The notes under the pieces are model-generated. The model saw only the letters and a list, made by a program, of their open reading frames with translations, did no database searches and was not told the origin of the DNA. Below are positions 26,291-39,398 of a stretch of DNA of 64,000 bases, piece after piece. This DNA comes from Octopus sinensis (lineage: Eukaryota). The stretch lies in NCBI RefSeq assembly GCF_006345805.1, contig NC_043001.1, positions 99,076,001-99,140,000 of the forward strand, in the 5' to 3' direction. A program made the position numbers and the translations under genes. How positions within the stretch are numbered: position 1 is the stretch's first letter; every line of letters begins with the position of its first letter.

Positions 26291-29117
26291 TATGTTTAAT
26301 TATGGTAGATGCTGAACTGAATGTATCTTTATAGAGCATTCCATCTAATATTCAAGAATTTGTTCTTTTTACATCAGGCACATTTATCCCATTGAATTAT
26401 TTATTTTAATGTACATTTTAGACACAAGAATGGCTGTGTGGTTAAGTTTGCTTTAAAGTTTAGAGTTAATTTCTTGCACATGGCCCGTGTGCATTGTTAG
26501 GTAGAAACTATGGAAGCCTCTCTTGTGTGTGTGTGCATGGTGCATGTGCGTGTGTGTGTTTTTGTGTGTGCTTATGTCTTTCAATTTGTGTCTTGATAAT
26601 GTCAGTATGCTTTAGCATAAAGCAATGGCACTATTTATGTGGAAGAGCCATTGTTTACACCAGCTGTAAAAACATGCCCATGTTATTGAGGGTTCATTAT
26701 GTAAAAGACCTGGGGATGTGTACCTTCGATGCAAGTAAGGAATAGTAACAGAAGGGGCATCTGGCTATAGAAAATGAATATTGCCCCAATAAAACTTGTC
26801 CAATCCATGCCAGCATGGAAAATGTAGATGTAAAAATGAGGATGATGACAATGATGATGATTTATATTGTATATTTGACTTCACTAACAATATTCTCAGT
26901 TATATATGTTTGTTGGTGAGTTGGCAGAGATGTTAGGGAATTGGCTAGACTGCATTGTTGTATTTTTTCTGTCTATCTGCACTCTGAGTTCAAATCCTAC
27001 AAAAGTCCAATTTGCCTTTCATCCTTTCTGGGTCAATAATAAAAAAATTAATTAATCAATTTATAATCTAGATTAGTGGTTTAGCAGAACTGTTTGAGTT
27101 GCAGATAGGATGCTATGTAGGATCTGTTGTATCCCATTGTGTTCTCACAGTAACTTCTGGTTACTGGTGCCAAATTCTTGTACTGGTTCTTGTCTTGTCT
27201 TTGTCTTTCTCTCAGATAATGTCAGCGATGCGGAGAGATTAGACTTGTATGTATAGGCAACGGCTGGTCTTTCATAAAATAAACTTTGCTCTCTTAGTTA
27301 ATCCTGACTGACTGAAGTTATGCTAGTTTTGTTATAATTTAAAAACAAAGACAAGGAGCAGAGGTGAAAGGTAAAGTTTACTTTGGTGTGATCTGAACTC
27401 AGAATCTAAAGACTCAGAATGAGCAAATAATACAATGCATTTTCTCCAATACTCTAATGATTTTCTAATTCACTATCCTATCCTCATATGTCCTATTTTT
27501 CATGTATCGAACAGAGTTTATTTGAGACAAATTTTCTACAACCAGATGCCTTTCTTGTCATTTAACCTCACCTGTTTCCAAGCAAGGTAATATTTCCTCA
27601 TTGCCAGACATGTTCTTGCAGAATACTGGAAATGAATGACACTGCTTCTATGATAGTGACACACATTTACAACTATCATGCAATGTCAAGACAAGGGGAG
27701 AGAGAGACACACACACACACACCCATGCACAATAGGCTTCTTTCAATTTCTGTCTACCAAATCTGCTCACAAGGCTTTAGTCAGTCTGAGATTATAGTAG
27801 AAGACACTTGTTTAAGGTAACATGTAGTGGGAATGAACCTGAGACCATGTTTTTGGGAAGCAAACTTCTTGCCATACAGTCACACCAGTGTCTTTGTATA
27901 TAATAACTTTAATATATTCTTGATGTGAAGAACATTCAGTAAACTATTCCAATAACAATCTCTTGCTAAATGTTAATTTCAGTCTCAAGTATTAAGAATT
28001 CCTATATTTGATCAATAATCAGAGATAAATCTGGTCGAACTCTGGATCTTATAATGCTTCTTTGCATAAAACTGCACACACCACTTCCTTATTTAGAATC
28101 ACTGCATAATCTAAATTCAGAACAAGAGCAATACTGTAACATACAGTGAGGAATTCGTGTATTTTGTGTGTTTCAATTATCTCTATACAGTTTAATACAA
28201 ATATATTTTGACTAATTTCATTTAACAAATTAATTTTATTTGCTAATAGGTTTCCTTGTCTTCACATTGTGCGATAGTCATAAACGAGTATCATTGTCAT
28301 ACAAGCCTTGTCGTTCATTTCCGACATATCTGGTGATGGGGGAAATATTACCTTGCCAGACATAGCATATAAGCTCAGGCATGGGCTGTGTGGTTCAGAT
28401 GTTTGCTATGGAACCACTTGCCCAAAGTACTGTGCATTGGGTTCATTCTCCATTGCACAAGTCCTTCAGCAAGTGTCTTCCATTATAGCTCTGAGCAACC
28501 AATGTCTATCTGTTTATCTATCTACCCATCTACCTGGTTGTATGCCAATATATACATATATACATGACAGGCTTCATATAATTTCCATTCATCTGATTCC
28601 TCCCCAAAACATTGGTTAGCCTTGGTTTACAGTAGAAGATACTTGCCCAAGATACCACACAGCGACATTGAAAATAAAACCACATAATTGTGAAGTGTAT
28701 TTCTTAACCACACAACCATGTCTGCACCCATATTAATGGTTCTCTTCTAATTTTATGATTTTTATGTGCCTAAATCTAATATAACAAATCAAACTTTAAT
28801 TAATAATTAACTGGTTCATCTTAAGCTTTGGCACATTTGTTTTATCTCATATGCATTTGAATATTAATAGCACAGTTGAATTGATCTACAAAATTTTTAG
28901 TAGGTATTTGGCTAGATGTTGACTCTTGTATATGGTTATATATGTATATGTATACACATACACCATATAAAGGAGATGGTTTACAGCTTGTCTGCAGTAT
29001 CTGTACATATTACACATTTGATTTGCTTATCTTCACAGGTACCACAGAATCTGTGTATGGTAGGCATTTTGATAATCAATCCATGCCTTATGTTTTTTTC
29101 TTTTCTGTTGTCTTCAG

Positions 29118-29267
29118 TAACTACAGAGTTTCCTAATAACTGTACTTTAAATCCATACATCCCCTTACAACACCCTTTCTGCCCTATGATAAGATATTAT
29201 CTTGCAGATGAAGGATTCCTCAGCTTTAGAGTATTGAATGTCGGTGTTTTATTTATATATATTGTTG
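29118..29267 (+). CDS. Candidate 150-nt internal coding exon (phase 1-1) ending in a hydrophobic segment; gene unknown
   Basis: Strong polypyrimidine acceptor TTTTTTTCTTTTCTGTTGTCTTCAG and donor GTAAGC. Length is a multiple of 3. Open frame (V)TTEFPNNCTLNPYIPLQHPFCPMIRYYLADEGFLSFRVLNVGVLFIYIV in non-repetitive sequence. Confidence 0.5.
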
Positions 29268-29652
29268 GTAAGCAAGTTATCACTAGAGCAGTGATTGGAC
29301 TGGCAGAATCTTTAAAACATCAGACAAAGGGCCTTACAGTTTTAGTTCTGGGCCTTTATGTTCTGACTTCAAATCCTGTTGAGGTCACCTTGCCTTTCAT
29401 TCTTTTTGAGATCAATAAAATAAAGAACAAATCAATTACCAGAGTAGGGTGGTGATTCACAAAATTGTTATAGCATTGAACAAAGTATTTTGCAGTATTT
29501 ATCCCCCACTTAGATGTGGATGTTCTGTTAGAAGAAACTATACTGCGGTAGATGATATGACAAAAACTCTCATATTGGCTTTTGGCACAAAATGCACTCT
29601 TGTTTATATTGCTTGCAGGGAAATAAATCACTGCAATCTCCAATTCTGAGAC

Positions 29653-29697
29653 CACCAAATCACATAATTTCAACCTTCCTTGGTTTTGTCAATGGTG
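29653..29697 (-). ncRNA. Minimal type I hammerhead ribozyme, U3:A8 core variant
   Basis: Minus strand reads CACCA-UUGACAA-AACC(AAGGAA)GGUU-GAAA-UUAUGUGA-UU-UGGUG. Stem I is 5 bp, stem II is 4 bp and stem III is near-palindromic. Confidence 0.68.
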
Positions 29698-30007
29698 AGC
29701 ACTTATGCTCCAGATATAGCAGCATCTCATCTTCCCACCAGCAATATATAGAAAAACAGTGCCAGAGCAGGTGCTGGTATTGTGATTAGCCAGTCAGCAT
29801 GTTAAAAAGATATATACTAGTGATAGAGACAGTAGTATTAATACTGAGAGGTAATATTTATCCCCACTTAAACATGGCTATTCTGTTAGAACAAACTACA
29901 CTACCATAGATACCATGAGAGGAACTCTCATATTGACTTTTGGTACTAAATGCAATCTTGTTTATATCACTAATTGGGAGATAAATCCCTGCCACTTCCA
30001 GTGTCGA

Positions 30008-30052
30008 GCCCAAATCACATGATTTCGACCTTCCTTGGTCTTGTCAATGATG
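30008..30052 (-). ncRNA. Minimal type I hammerhead ribozyme, U3:A8 core variant (second unit; stem I decayed)
   Basis: Minus strand reads CAUCA-UUGACAA-GACC(AAGGAA)GGUC-GAAA-UCAUGUGA-UU-UGGGC. Confidence 0.6.
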
Positions 30053-31264
30053 GACACTTGATTTGTTTTGGCTCTTTACATTCTAAGTGCAAATCCTGTC
30101 TCAACTTTACCTTTCATCTTTCTGTTGTCAATGAAATAAAATACCAGTCAAGTATTGGTATTGTATTACCTGTTTGCTGATCTGTGCCATTATGCAGTGG
30201 GCTTGCATGGCACTGTAGAGCTCCAGATCACTGTTCAGCCAAGGGTCTCTATTGAAATGTAAAGTGATATATCAGTTTCAACACACATCTTATCATTCAC
30301 TCATAAGCTGTCAAAATCCTGTTGATATCTGATTGATAGCTAACAAGGGAAATTTTCCTTCATACTTGTCTAGTTATATTAAAGATGTTCTGCATTCTCT
30401 CATTAATGTCTCTGCTTAATATCACTGTCCTGTTTAATTTCTGTTTTTTTACCTAACTAATTTAGTGCAAGGTTCTTATTTTATCTTTTATCATTCCTTT
30501 CTAGAATATGAATTAGAGGTTAGTTAGGAAATTTTATACTAAGGGGATACTGTCTATATAAACAGTTATAGTTTATCAGGGTCAGAATGCTGTTATGTGG
30601 CAGATATGAAGCACATATACACACACTCCCTTTTCCTCACTCCTCTCTCTCTCTCTCTCTCTCTTAAGTAGACCCTATTAAAAGAGATAAAAAGAAAAGA
30701 AAAAACAAAAAAGGGAAAGAAGTAGTTTATCAGTCTGTAGTTTCCTGATGTTTCTGTGTTCTCTTCTAGCAGTAACCACTCATAATTTTGATTATGGTCT
30801 CTGAAGTCATTAACTGAATGTTGTACTCTAGCTTTGCATGGTCATGTATACTGGTTAATAATGTAACGAGAAATTGGAAATTTTATCAGTTCCATTTGCT
30901 GGCAGTCTTAATTGTATTTATACATTCTCCACAAGATAGGCTGATTCTGTTGTTATTGTACTTTTCTTTCTTTTTTCTTACATATACTATATTGTTTGTT
31001 TTTTTATTATATTGTGTATTTCTCTTTCCATATGTCCTCCCAGTACGATTGAATTATTATTATTGTCAGTGTCTCCTCAGTGACCTGAGATAGGTTAGAT
31101 GACTCTGCTTCCTTACAGATTGCACACTATATACATTGACATTCACACATATTTTGCCATCAGTTTTCTGAAGCGGAAGTGAAGGAAGAACGCACTCAAG
31201 CTTTTGTTATATTTCAGTTTTTCTTAAGAATCTTTCTATAGCAATGACTTCAGCTATTATCTTT

Positions 31265-31620
31265 TATCTTGTTTCAGTCATCTGACTGTGGCCATGCTGG
31301 GGCACTGCCTTGAAGTTATCAATCCCACTACTTATGTTTTAAAACCTGGTATTTACTCTATTGGTCTCTTGTGCTGAACTGCTAAGTTAAATGGGATGTA
31401 AGCATACCAGTACCAGTTGTCAAGTGGTGGTAGGGGGAAAACACACACACAAAAAACACAAGTACACACACACACACACACAATGGGGTTCTTTCAGTTT
31501 CCATTTACCAAATCCATCCACAAGGCTTTGGTCAGCCTGAGGTTATATCAGAAGACACTTGCCTAAGGTATCACACAGTGGGACTGAACCTGGAACCATG
31601 TGGTTGGGAAGCAAGCTTCT
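31265..31620 (-). mobile_element. SINE family A, full length
   Basis: Complete match to family A, including the tRNA-like head and the tail. Confidence 0.8.
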
Positions 31621-31679
31621 TACAGGAGAGAGCAATATGTTGAATAAAATCATAATTAACTGATCTTCCCGTGTTTTCT

Positions 31680-31794
31680 GTTCAGAGGGGCCACAAGTCT
31701 GGCACTCAATGCTAATGTCTGTTAACAACATGTTGTTAACAACAAGTCACAGTATACATTAGCATTGAGTGCCAGACTTGTGACCCCACTGAAC
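31680..31794. repeat. Fold-back inverted repeat (39-bp arms) enclosing a 22-bp perfect palindrome
   Basis: Arms at 31680-31718 and 31756-31794; TGTTAACAACATGTTGTTAACA at 31720-31741. Confidence 0.9.
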
Positions 31795-34700
31795 TGCCCA
31801 GTGTACTCATACTTTAAGATGACACTGTGCACATGTGTTGTTTAATAAGGAAAACTCAATGGCCCAATGGATATAAATTTACTTTTGATTAAATTATACA
31901 ATAATTCAGTGGGACATCTATATTTATTTTTTAAGTAAATTAATCATGCATTGTAATTGTATGAGATACATGTAAATTGACTTTTAATTAATGTTAATTG
32001 TAGATTGTCTTATGTAAAAATAATTAGGTGAATTTGCTCACATGTAACAGACTGTGGTCATGCTGGGCTACCACTTTGAATAATTTTAGTCAAACAAATT
32101 GACCCCATTACTTATTTTAGTATTTATTCTATTGGTCTCTTTTGTCAAATCACTGAGTTATGGCGACATAAATACACCAACACTAGTTGTCAGTCAGTGG
32201 TGGAGACTAACATAGACACAAAGACAAACACACACACACATGCAATGGGCTTCTTTCAGTTTTTGTCTACCAAATCCACTCACAAGGCTTTGATCAGCTT
32301 GAGACTATAGTAGAAAACACTTGCCCAAGGTACCATGCAGAGGGACTGGACCCAGAATCAAATGGTTGGCAAGCAAGCTTCTTACATACCTGTAAGTTTC
32401 TATGTACTATACATGAATCAATGAAATCTCTATGTAGTCATTTGACCTACAAAAATTAGCAGCTAAATCTCCTTCAAGTTTTACCATACCACCTTAAATG
32501 GGTTACTGGAACAACATTTGTCGTTTGTGTTTAATTGTTCATTTGACTACCTGTATCTGCATGTTATAAGTCTGTTCAATCACGAATGTCCTGGAGGTGA
32601 CACAACAACAACAATAACACACTAAGCATTATAACATTGCTTTTTATGGCATAGTTTTGTACAAAGGCTGTTTTGATTTCATTCACATAAATTTTATTTT
32701 CTGACTGATAATATTTTTGTTTTTGTGATGTGGTGTTTTTGCCATTATCAATAGATCACAAGTTTTACTATAATTGACCAAGATTTTTTTGTCCTATATT
32801 GTTTATTATTTTGGTCATAGACAACGGAAGCACCATGTATCGTCTATATTTCAGTTGACTTTTAAATTTCTACCTAAAAAAAATCAATTATGTATAAAAC
32901 CAAGAAATCAAGCACTAAAAGATCAATCAGTTGTGAACAATACAAATATATATTCTTTTGAATCAAGAACCCATTATTGTAAACTATTATTTTGTAATGA
33001 TTATCAAATAAAAACTATCTATCTATATGGATATTTAAAAACAAAATATTTTTAATGACTCAGAAGATGAAAAGAAGTGCCCATAAATTTTCTGGGGTCT
33101 CAGTGACTGGGGAAGAAATGGTGGAGATTATCTTTAGATTGGAGACTTTTACAACAGATTGGACTTGGCTAAAAGCATCTAAGGTCCAGAGGGTGGTGTT
33201 AAACTAGACCTTCTGCATCATTTCCCATCATCATCATTGCCGTCACCACCACCACCACCACCACTGCTGCTTTCGTCATCATCATTATCTATTTAACCGT
33301 TTATGTCCTTAAGGATAACTCTTTTGAGTCAGTGCCATTTTATTTTGGTGGTTTTACCATTCCACCCAGAAGATTGTACTTTTCTATAATGGTGGTTATG
33401 GTAGGATTTTGAACACAGAATGCAAAGAACTGGAAAATAAACCACAAAGCATCGTGTTTGGTACCATAGCAATTCTGTTTATCTACTGTTCTGAAATTAT
33501 ACTTTTTTTTATTGACCACAAAAGGAGGAAAAGCAAAGTCGACCTTGGTGGGATTTGAACTCAGAGAACAGAAAGCTGGAACAAAAACCCAAAAGGTATT
33601 AAATGTGATGCTCTAATGACTCTGCCAATTCAATGTATTATGTCTACTACCTATGTGTAGTTTAGTGGGATTCCTCACAGTTTTTTTCTATCCAAGTTCT
33701 CTCTCACAAAGATTTGGTCAACTAGAAGACACTTGTCTAACATTACCACGCAGTGAAGTTGAACTTGGAACCATGTGAATGTAATGCAAAATTTTTAAAC
33801 ATGTAGTCATGCCAATTCATTATTGGTAGTCTTTTGAAATAACCCTGGACTTGTACAGACAGTGTTGAGTTTATGATCAACACTTCGGACCAGTTTTAAT
33901 GAAGCAAAGCTATGATCAAAGGCATTTAAATTATGGCCATCGTGAATTTTTTTTTCTTATTTTTGTTTAGGTGGTAGACTACATAGTCCATTATGATCTT
34001 GATTTTTTTAAAGACTGTTGCATGTGATTTGAAAAGATTTAGAAATGTAGTGGGAAATAGAAGGCTTAAGGCCTCAGATTTAGGAAAGAAGGGAAAAGTA
34101 AAGGCTGAAGGCTTGTGGTTTAGGAAAGCAGGAGGAAACAGGTTTGGAGCTTCAGATTTAGGAAAGAAAACAGAATATGAAAGCTCAAGAAAAGTGAGAA
34201 AGAGAAGGTTCAAGGTTTCAGTTCTAGGTAAAAGTTGGGAAAGAGAATGCTGTAATGTCTATATCTTATATGATGCTTTTATAGAATCAGTGAAAGGAAC
34301 TGGCTTTAAATGGGAATTGAAACTGGATTGCCATGTCACTTCTCCAAAAGCTTTACCTTATTGCTCTATCAATGACATTGTTCATCAATGTTATTTAATA
34401 TTGATTTTTATTTTATTGCAATCATGATAAATGTTGCTGGATTTGGGACATAACTCACTGGATTGACTTTAGTACACAACTGACTGTAGTTGAGTCTATG
34501 TAATAGCTTGAGCTGCTTTATGTAACAGTGACATCCTTTCAAATTAAAACAAAATGTAACAAAACCATCAGATAATGTAGTCTTATTTACTCTTCAAAAT
34601 CTGGGATGGGTCATGGCTGGAATGCCTTTGAGTATAAGTCTACTGACCTGTAACAAAAGACTGACAACAGTGACTGATTCTTGTTTTAATAATCCCGGAG

Positions 34701-37128
34701 CTGATATAATCCTGTTGAGCTTTGAACTCAGAGCACGGAACTATTTTTTCTTATTCTCCCACCACCACCACCACCACCACTACCACTACCACCATGACAA
34801 TATTAAATAATTATTTCTTATTATAGTGCAATAAGTTAAAGGAGAAAAGCATTAGATAATAGCACAGACCCCTAAATATAATTTCCACTCCCACTACCAC
34901 TGCTGGTTGGTACCATCTACTCTCAATAGATTGAATTACTGTTCTTATATATTTACTGTTACTTTATATTTGTCCAATTCTTGATATCCGTCCACAGAAC
35001 ACTTGCATTTTTTCCCCTACTCTTCCACCTTTCTCATTCATTTTGTCTATTAAAAATCTCTGAAGACTATGTTTTCAAATAAATGTCCAAAGCATCTAAG
35101 TTTTCTCTCTTTGATGGTGTCTAATAAAAAATTTTCTTAGCTTTTGCCATTCATAGTACTTCTCCATTGGTTTTGTATTCTGTCCATTATATTCTCTAAA
35201 GTTTTCTATTATGTCCATATCTATTTGATAGTATTTCAGCTAATGCTCATATTTCAACTCAGTGTAATAGAGAGAACTACACATAGCATTTTAATAATCA
35301 TTTTCTGATTTTGATATTAATGTTTCTTGATTTTAATATATTTGACATTTTTTTTTCAGATGACTTCCAGCTATCTCAGTCATTTTGATTTCTGTCAGAA
35401 CCACTAGTGTGTCAGGCAAAATATTTTGTAGATTTATTCAAACTATTGACATTTTGAGTTTAAATCACACCAGAGTCAACTTTGCTTATCGTCTCTCTGA
35501 GGTCAGGGAAATAGAGTACCAGTCATGTACAGAAGTCAACATAATCAACTATCCCTTCCCACCCCTTCAAAATTCCTGGTTTTGTGCTTAAATTGGAAAC
35601 AGTTGTTGCATATATGCCAATAAATATCTTTGGTGTCTGTTAAATTGGCTTTCCCTCAATTGTAATATTGATTTCAAGTGACTTCTTTCTTGCTGATTAT
35701 CATTGATTTAACTTTCTTTACAGTAATTGCCACTCTATAAGACATTTCTTTGTCACATACCATTGTTACAAGGTTTCTCTTGGTCATCTTTGTTGAAACT
35801 ATATAACTAAGCACTAATTTATTCACTTTGGAAGGATAAAAGATAAAATCAACTTCAGCAAGTTATGAGCTGACAAAAATTGAACTAAACTTTCTATTGT
35901 TTTCCCCTTTCCCCATTCTTTATTATTACTACAGGATATATATTACAGTATAGTACATTATAGTGCAATTGATACAGTGAGACTGAATGGTTAAGAAGTT
36001 CGCTTTACAATCATAGTCTTGGGTTTGATCCTAGTGCATGACATCTTGAGTAAGTGTCATCTTCTATAGCCTCAGGCCAATTCATCCCTTGTAAATGAAA
36101 CCAAGTCGACACATACTGTGGAAACGCCCATAGATGGATTGAACTTAGAATTTAAAGGTTTTGCCTTATCACACTGTGTTGCACTGGTTCTGCCTAAACC
36201 TAACATTAAGGGTACACATGTCTGTAGAATATGCAGCCACTTACATTCTAATTCAATAAGCTTTATAGTTCAATTGATCAAACAACTGAAAATACATGGT
36301 TTGAAATTTTACCTGAAATCCATTAATTTTTACTATAATACAGCTAATGTTTTACAATATCTACTACCATTTTTCATTGATCCATGTATAGATTCTATTA
36401 TGGTTGTTGGTGTTGTTGTTTAGCTCCCGGTTAGTTCTGATCAATCAGACATAAGATAAAAGGCTTTGCAGTTGATTGTGACTATTCCACTTTTTCTTTA
36501 AGGCCAAGTGTATCTAAGACTATTTTATCTAACATGTCCATTTTATTCTGGAAATATAATTAGCTGAAATCCAAGGAGGGCCATGTGTTCCATCCCTGGA
36601 CAACAGTGTGATGCATTGTATCTTTGAACAAGGCATTTCATTTCACATTGTCCCAGTCTGTACATCTGTAATGATTACATTCAAGTGCTGGTGCTGCTCT
36701 CTCTCTCTCTCTCTCTCTCCCCCTCCTCTCCTCCCTTCAGCTCTCACATCCTTGATATTTCATGAGGTCAAGAGTGGAGAAGGTGTAGATATTTATTTAC
36801 AATTGCATGAGCATCCAAAACAATTAGCAAAAGCATTCCACATACACTTGTATGAGTGATAGCTAGCTGCACTTTGATAGAAGTAACATCCAAATTTGCA
36901 TGAACTGAAGGAAACGCAAAGCACACGCACACACACACATTATTTATATATATATATAGGCATAGGCATGGCTGCATGTTAAGAAGTTTGCTTCCCAACC
37001 ACATGGTTTTGGGTTCAGTCCCATTGCATGGCACCTTGGGCAAGTGTCTTCTACTATATCCTCAGGCTGACCAAAGCCTTGTGAGTGGATTTGGTAGACA
37101 AAAACTGAAAGAAGCCTGTTGGATATAT

Positions 37129-37202
<74 letters not shown>

Positions 37203-37732
37203 ATGTGTGTGTGTGTATATATATATATTGTCTGTGTTTGTCACCCACCATCACTTGACAACAGATGCTGGTATATGGCAGTATTGAAAGAGTGTGTATG
37301 GAGAAATAGATTGGAAGGTATCATGACAGAGACCTTTGTCTCTGGCCCTGGGCTGCTAATCTATTTCACATACCATCTGAAAAGCAAGATGGGGTTGGAG
37401 AGGAAAACCCTGATGTGGAGCTTGTATGAGAAATGATGGAAGGATGTGATGAGAAAGGTGGGTGTTAGTGACCCAACTTGATCATCAATGAAGGAAGAAA
37501 GGAGAGTTGCTGGGCCTTACAGGCCGCCGGGTGTATGCTCCCAGTATGTAAATTTTAAAAAGGGACAGTTTTTAAAAAGTCAAATTAAATTGTATAAATT
37601 AATATCAAAAAATGTTTAACTCATAATAACTCATAATAACATTTTCATGTAATTGTTTTGTCTTGTAATGTCCCATTCTATGTAAGATTGTATAATTGTA
37701 ATGAAGAATTCACCTCTAGCTGAACAATTATT

Positions 37733-37775
37733 CTGTGCTGATGAAGAGAAATAACCCAGAAATTGCGATACACAG
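37733..37775 (+). ncRNA. Minimal type I hammerhead ribozyme
   Basis: CUGUG-CUGAUGA-AGAG(AAAUAA)CCCA-GAAA-UUGCGA-UA-CACAG. The core is intact, and stem I CUGUG/CACAG extends through AACAAU/AUUGUU. Confidence 0.75.
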
Positions 37776-38085
37776 ATATTGTTTTGAGCTGATTTGGGGT
37801 GCTAGAGATCCTTGTTCAAAAATATAAGGACACAGATCGTGTCATATAGCCAGCTGGAGACGATGTCTCCTGGGGCTAAATTACAGCAACATTCGTCCTA
37901 AACTAGGACTGCCATGTTATGTTGGCAAACTATCTTTACTACAAAATACTGTTGCTGAATATCTCACATCGTGAGATTTAAAAATAATAATTTTCTAATT
38001 TATAAATCAGTGACTAATTGTCACTTTGAAAACTATATAATTTGAATGGGAATTTGGCAGCGCCACCTCTAACCAAACAATTATT

Positions 38086-38128
38086 CTGTGCTGATAAAGG
38101 GAAATAACCTGGAAATCGCGATACACAG
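38086..38128 (+). ncRNA. Minimal type I hammerhead ribozyme (G8A substitution)
   Basis: CUGUG-CUGAUAA-AGGG(AAAUAA)CCUG-GAAA-UCGCGA-UA-CACAG, with a perfect palindrome AUCGCGAU at stem III. Confidence 0.68.
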
Positions 38129-38329
38129 ATATTGTTTTGAGCTGAGTGGAGGGTGCTAGATTTCTTTGTTCAAAAATATAAGGACACAGATCGTGTTGTA
38201 CAGCCAGCTGGAGACAATATCTCCTGGGGCTAAATTACACCAACATTCATCCTAAACCAGGACTGCCATGTTATGTTGGCAAACAATCTTTACTACAAAA
38301 GAATAAAAGTATATATATATATAAATACT

Positions 38330-38381
38330 ATGTGAGGTATATTTGCCATCTCAATATGGATTTGGCAAATATACCTCACAT
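38330..38381. repeat. Perfect 19-bp inverted repeat (14-nt loop)
   Basis: ATGTGAGGTATATTTGCCA / TGGCAAATATACCTCACAT. Confidence 0.9.
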
Positions 38382-39167
38382 TGTCGTGCAGTTACTGTTT
38401 ATACCTCGTTCAGAGATTTATTATTACTTATATATACTATGTATTTATGAAAAGAGTGGACATTGTCTCACAAGCATTTGTGCAGTCAAAAGTATTAGTA
38501 AATGTGGTCGGATTGACCTGAAAATTTGCACACCTATGTTAAAAGTGCTGGGGAGTTTGCTCAATTGAAAGGCATAGCCTCTAGGGCAAAATTCCTCATC
38601 TTTAAAATGTGGCCCAAGTAGACCTGAATGAAATCGGGTTATATATATTATTATATATATACTCTGTAAAGTGGTTGATTTTAGGAAGGGCATCCAACTA
38701 ACTGCAGAAACCATGTCAAAGCAGACAGAATGGCTTGGTGCTGATCTCTGGTTAGTCAGTTCTTGTGAAACCATCTAACACATGCCAGCATGGAAAATGG
38801 GCATTAAATTATTATGATGATGTATATACATACTTATATGTGTGTATGTATAGATATAAGCACAGACATGGCTGTGTTATAAAGAATGTCAATTCCCAAA
38901 CGTGCTGTTTACTTTAGTCGCTTGTGAGTAAATGTAGATTTACTGGACAGAAACTAAATGAATCCTGTTGTGTGTGTATATATATTTAGAAGCTGAAAAA
39001 CTTCACAAACTGTTTGTGAAGATTTTTTTACTTCAATAAAACACTATAATTGAGTCTACCTTTTGATATTTGGGTGCTATTTTTTCCACCTTGCTTTACA
39101 GCTGTGTTCTCCTCTGTGTGTGTGTGTACATACATGCATGTATGTATGTATATATATATATATATAA

Positions 39168-39398
39168 AACACCATTTGAGCATGGCCATTGCCAGTACCG
39201 CCTGACTGGCCCTTGTGCCGGTGGCAGCATGTAAAAGCACCTACTACACTCTCAGAGTGGTTGGTGTTAGGAAGGGCATCCAGCTGTAGAAACTCTGCCA
39301 GATCAGATTGGAGCCTGGTGCAGCCATCTGGTTTGCCAGTCCTCAGTCAAATCATCCAACCCATGCCTGCATGGAAAGTGAGCATTAATGATGATGAT
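39168..39398 (+). mobile_element. RTE-LINE 3'-tail fragment
   Basis: Matches the RTE tail and ends in (GAT)n. Confidence 0.8.

Larger units (their letters stand above)
29496..30059 (-). mobile_element. ~355-nt tandem array (about 1.6 units) with one hammerhead ribozyme per unit; retrozyme or PLE pseudo-LTR-like
   Basis: Diverged direct repeats at 29496-29704 and 29855-30059. The array interrupts a SINE B copy, with the head before 29496 and the body after 30060. Confidence 0.7.
37711..38300 (+). mobile_element. 353-nt tandem array (about 1.65 units) with one hammerhead ribozyme per unit; retrozyme or PLE pseudo-LTR-like
   Basis: Direct repeats at 37711-37946 and 38064-38300, each beginning with an HHR enclosed in an extended stem I. 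Confidence 0.78.

Noticed and set aside
28916-29455. 179-aa ORF as a single-exon gene
   Set aside because: It runs through polypyrimidine tracts and into a SINE. Only the splice-bounded 29118-29267 part is plausible.
33993-34427. 144-aa Lys/Arg-rich ORF
   Set aside because: Arises from degenerate purine-rich tandem repeats, with no recognisable domain or splice signals.
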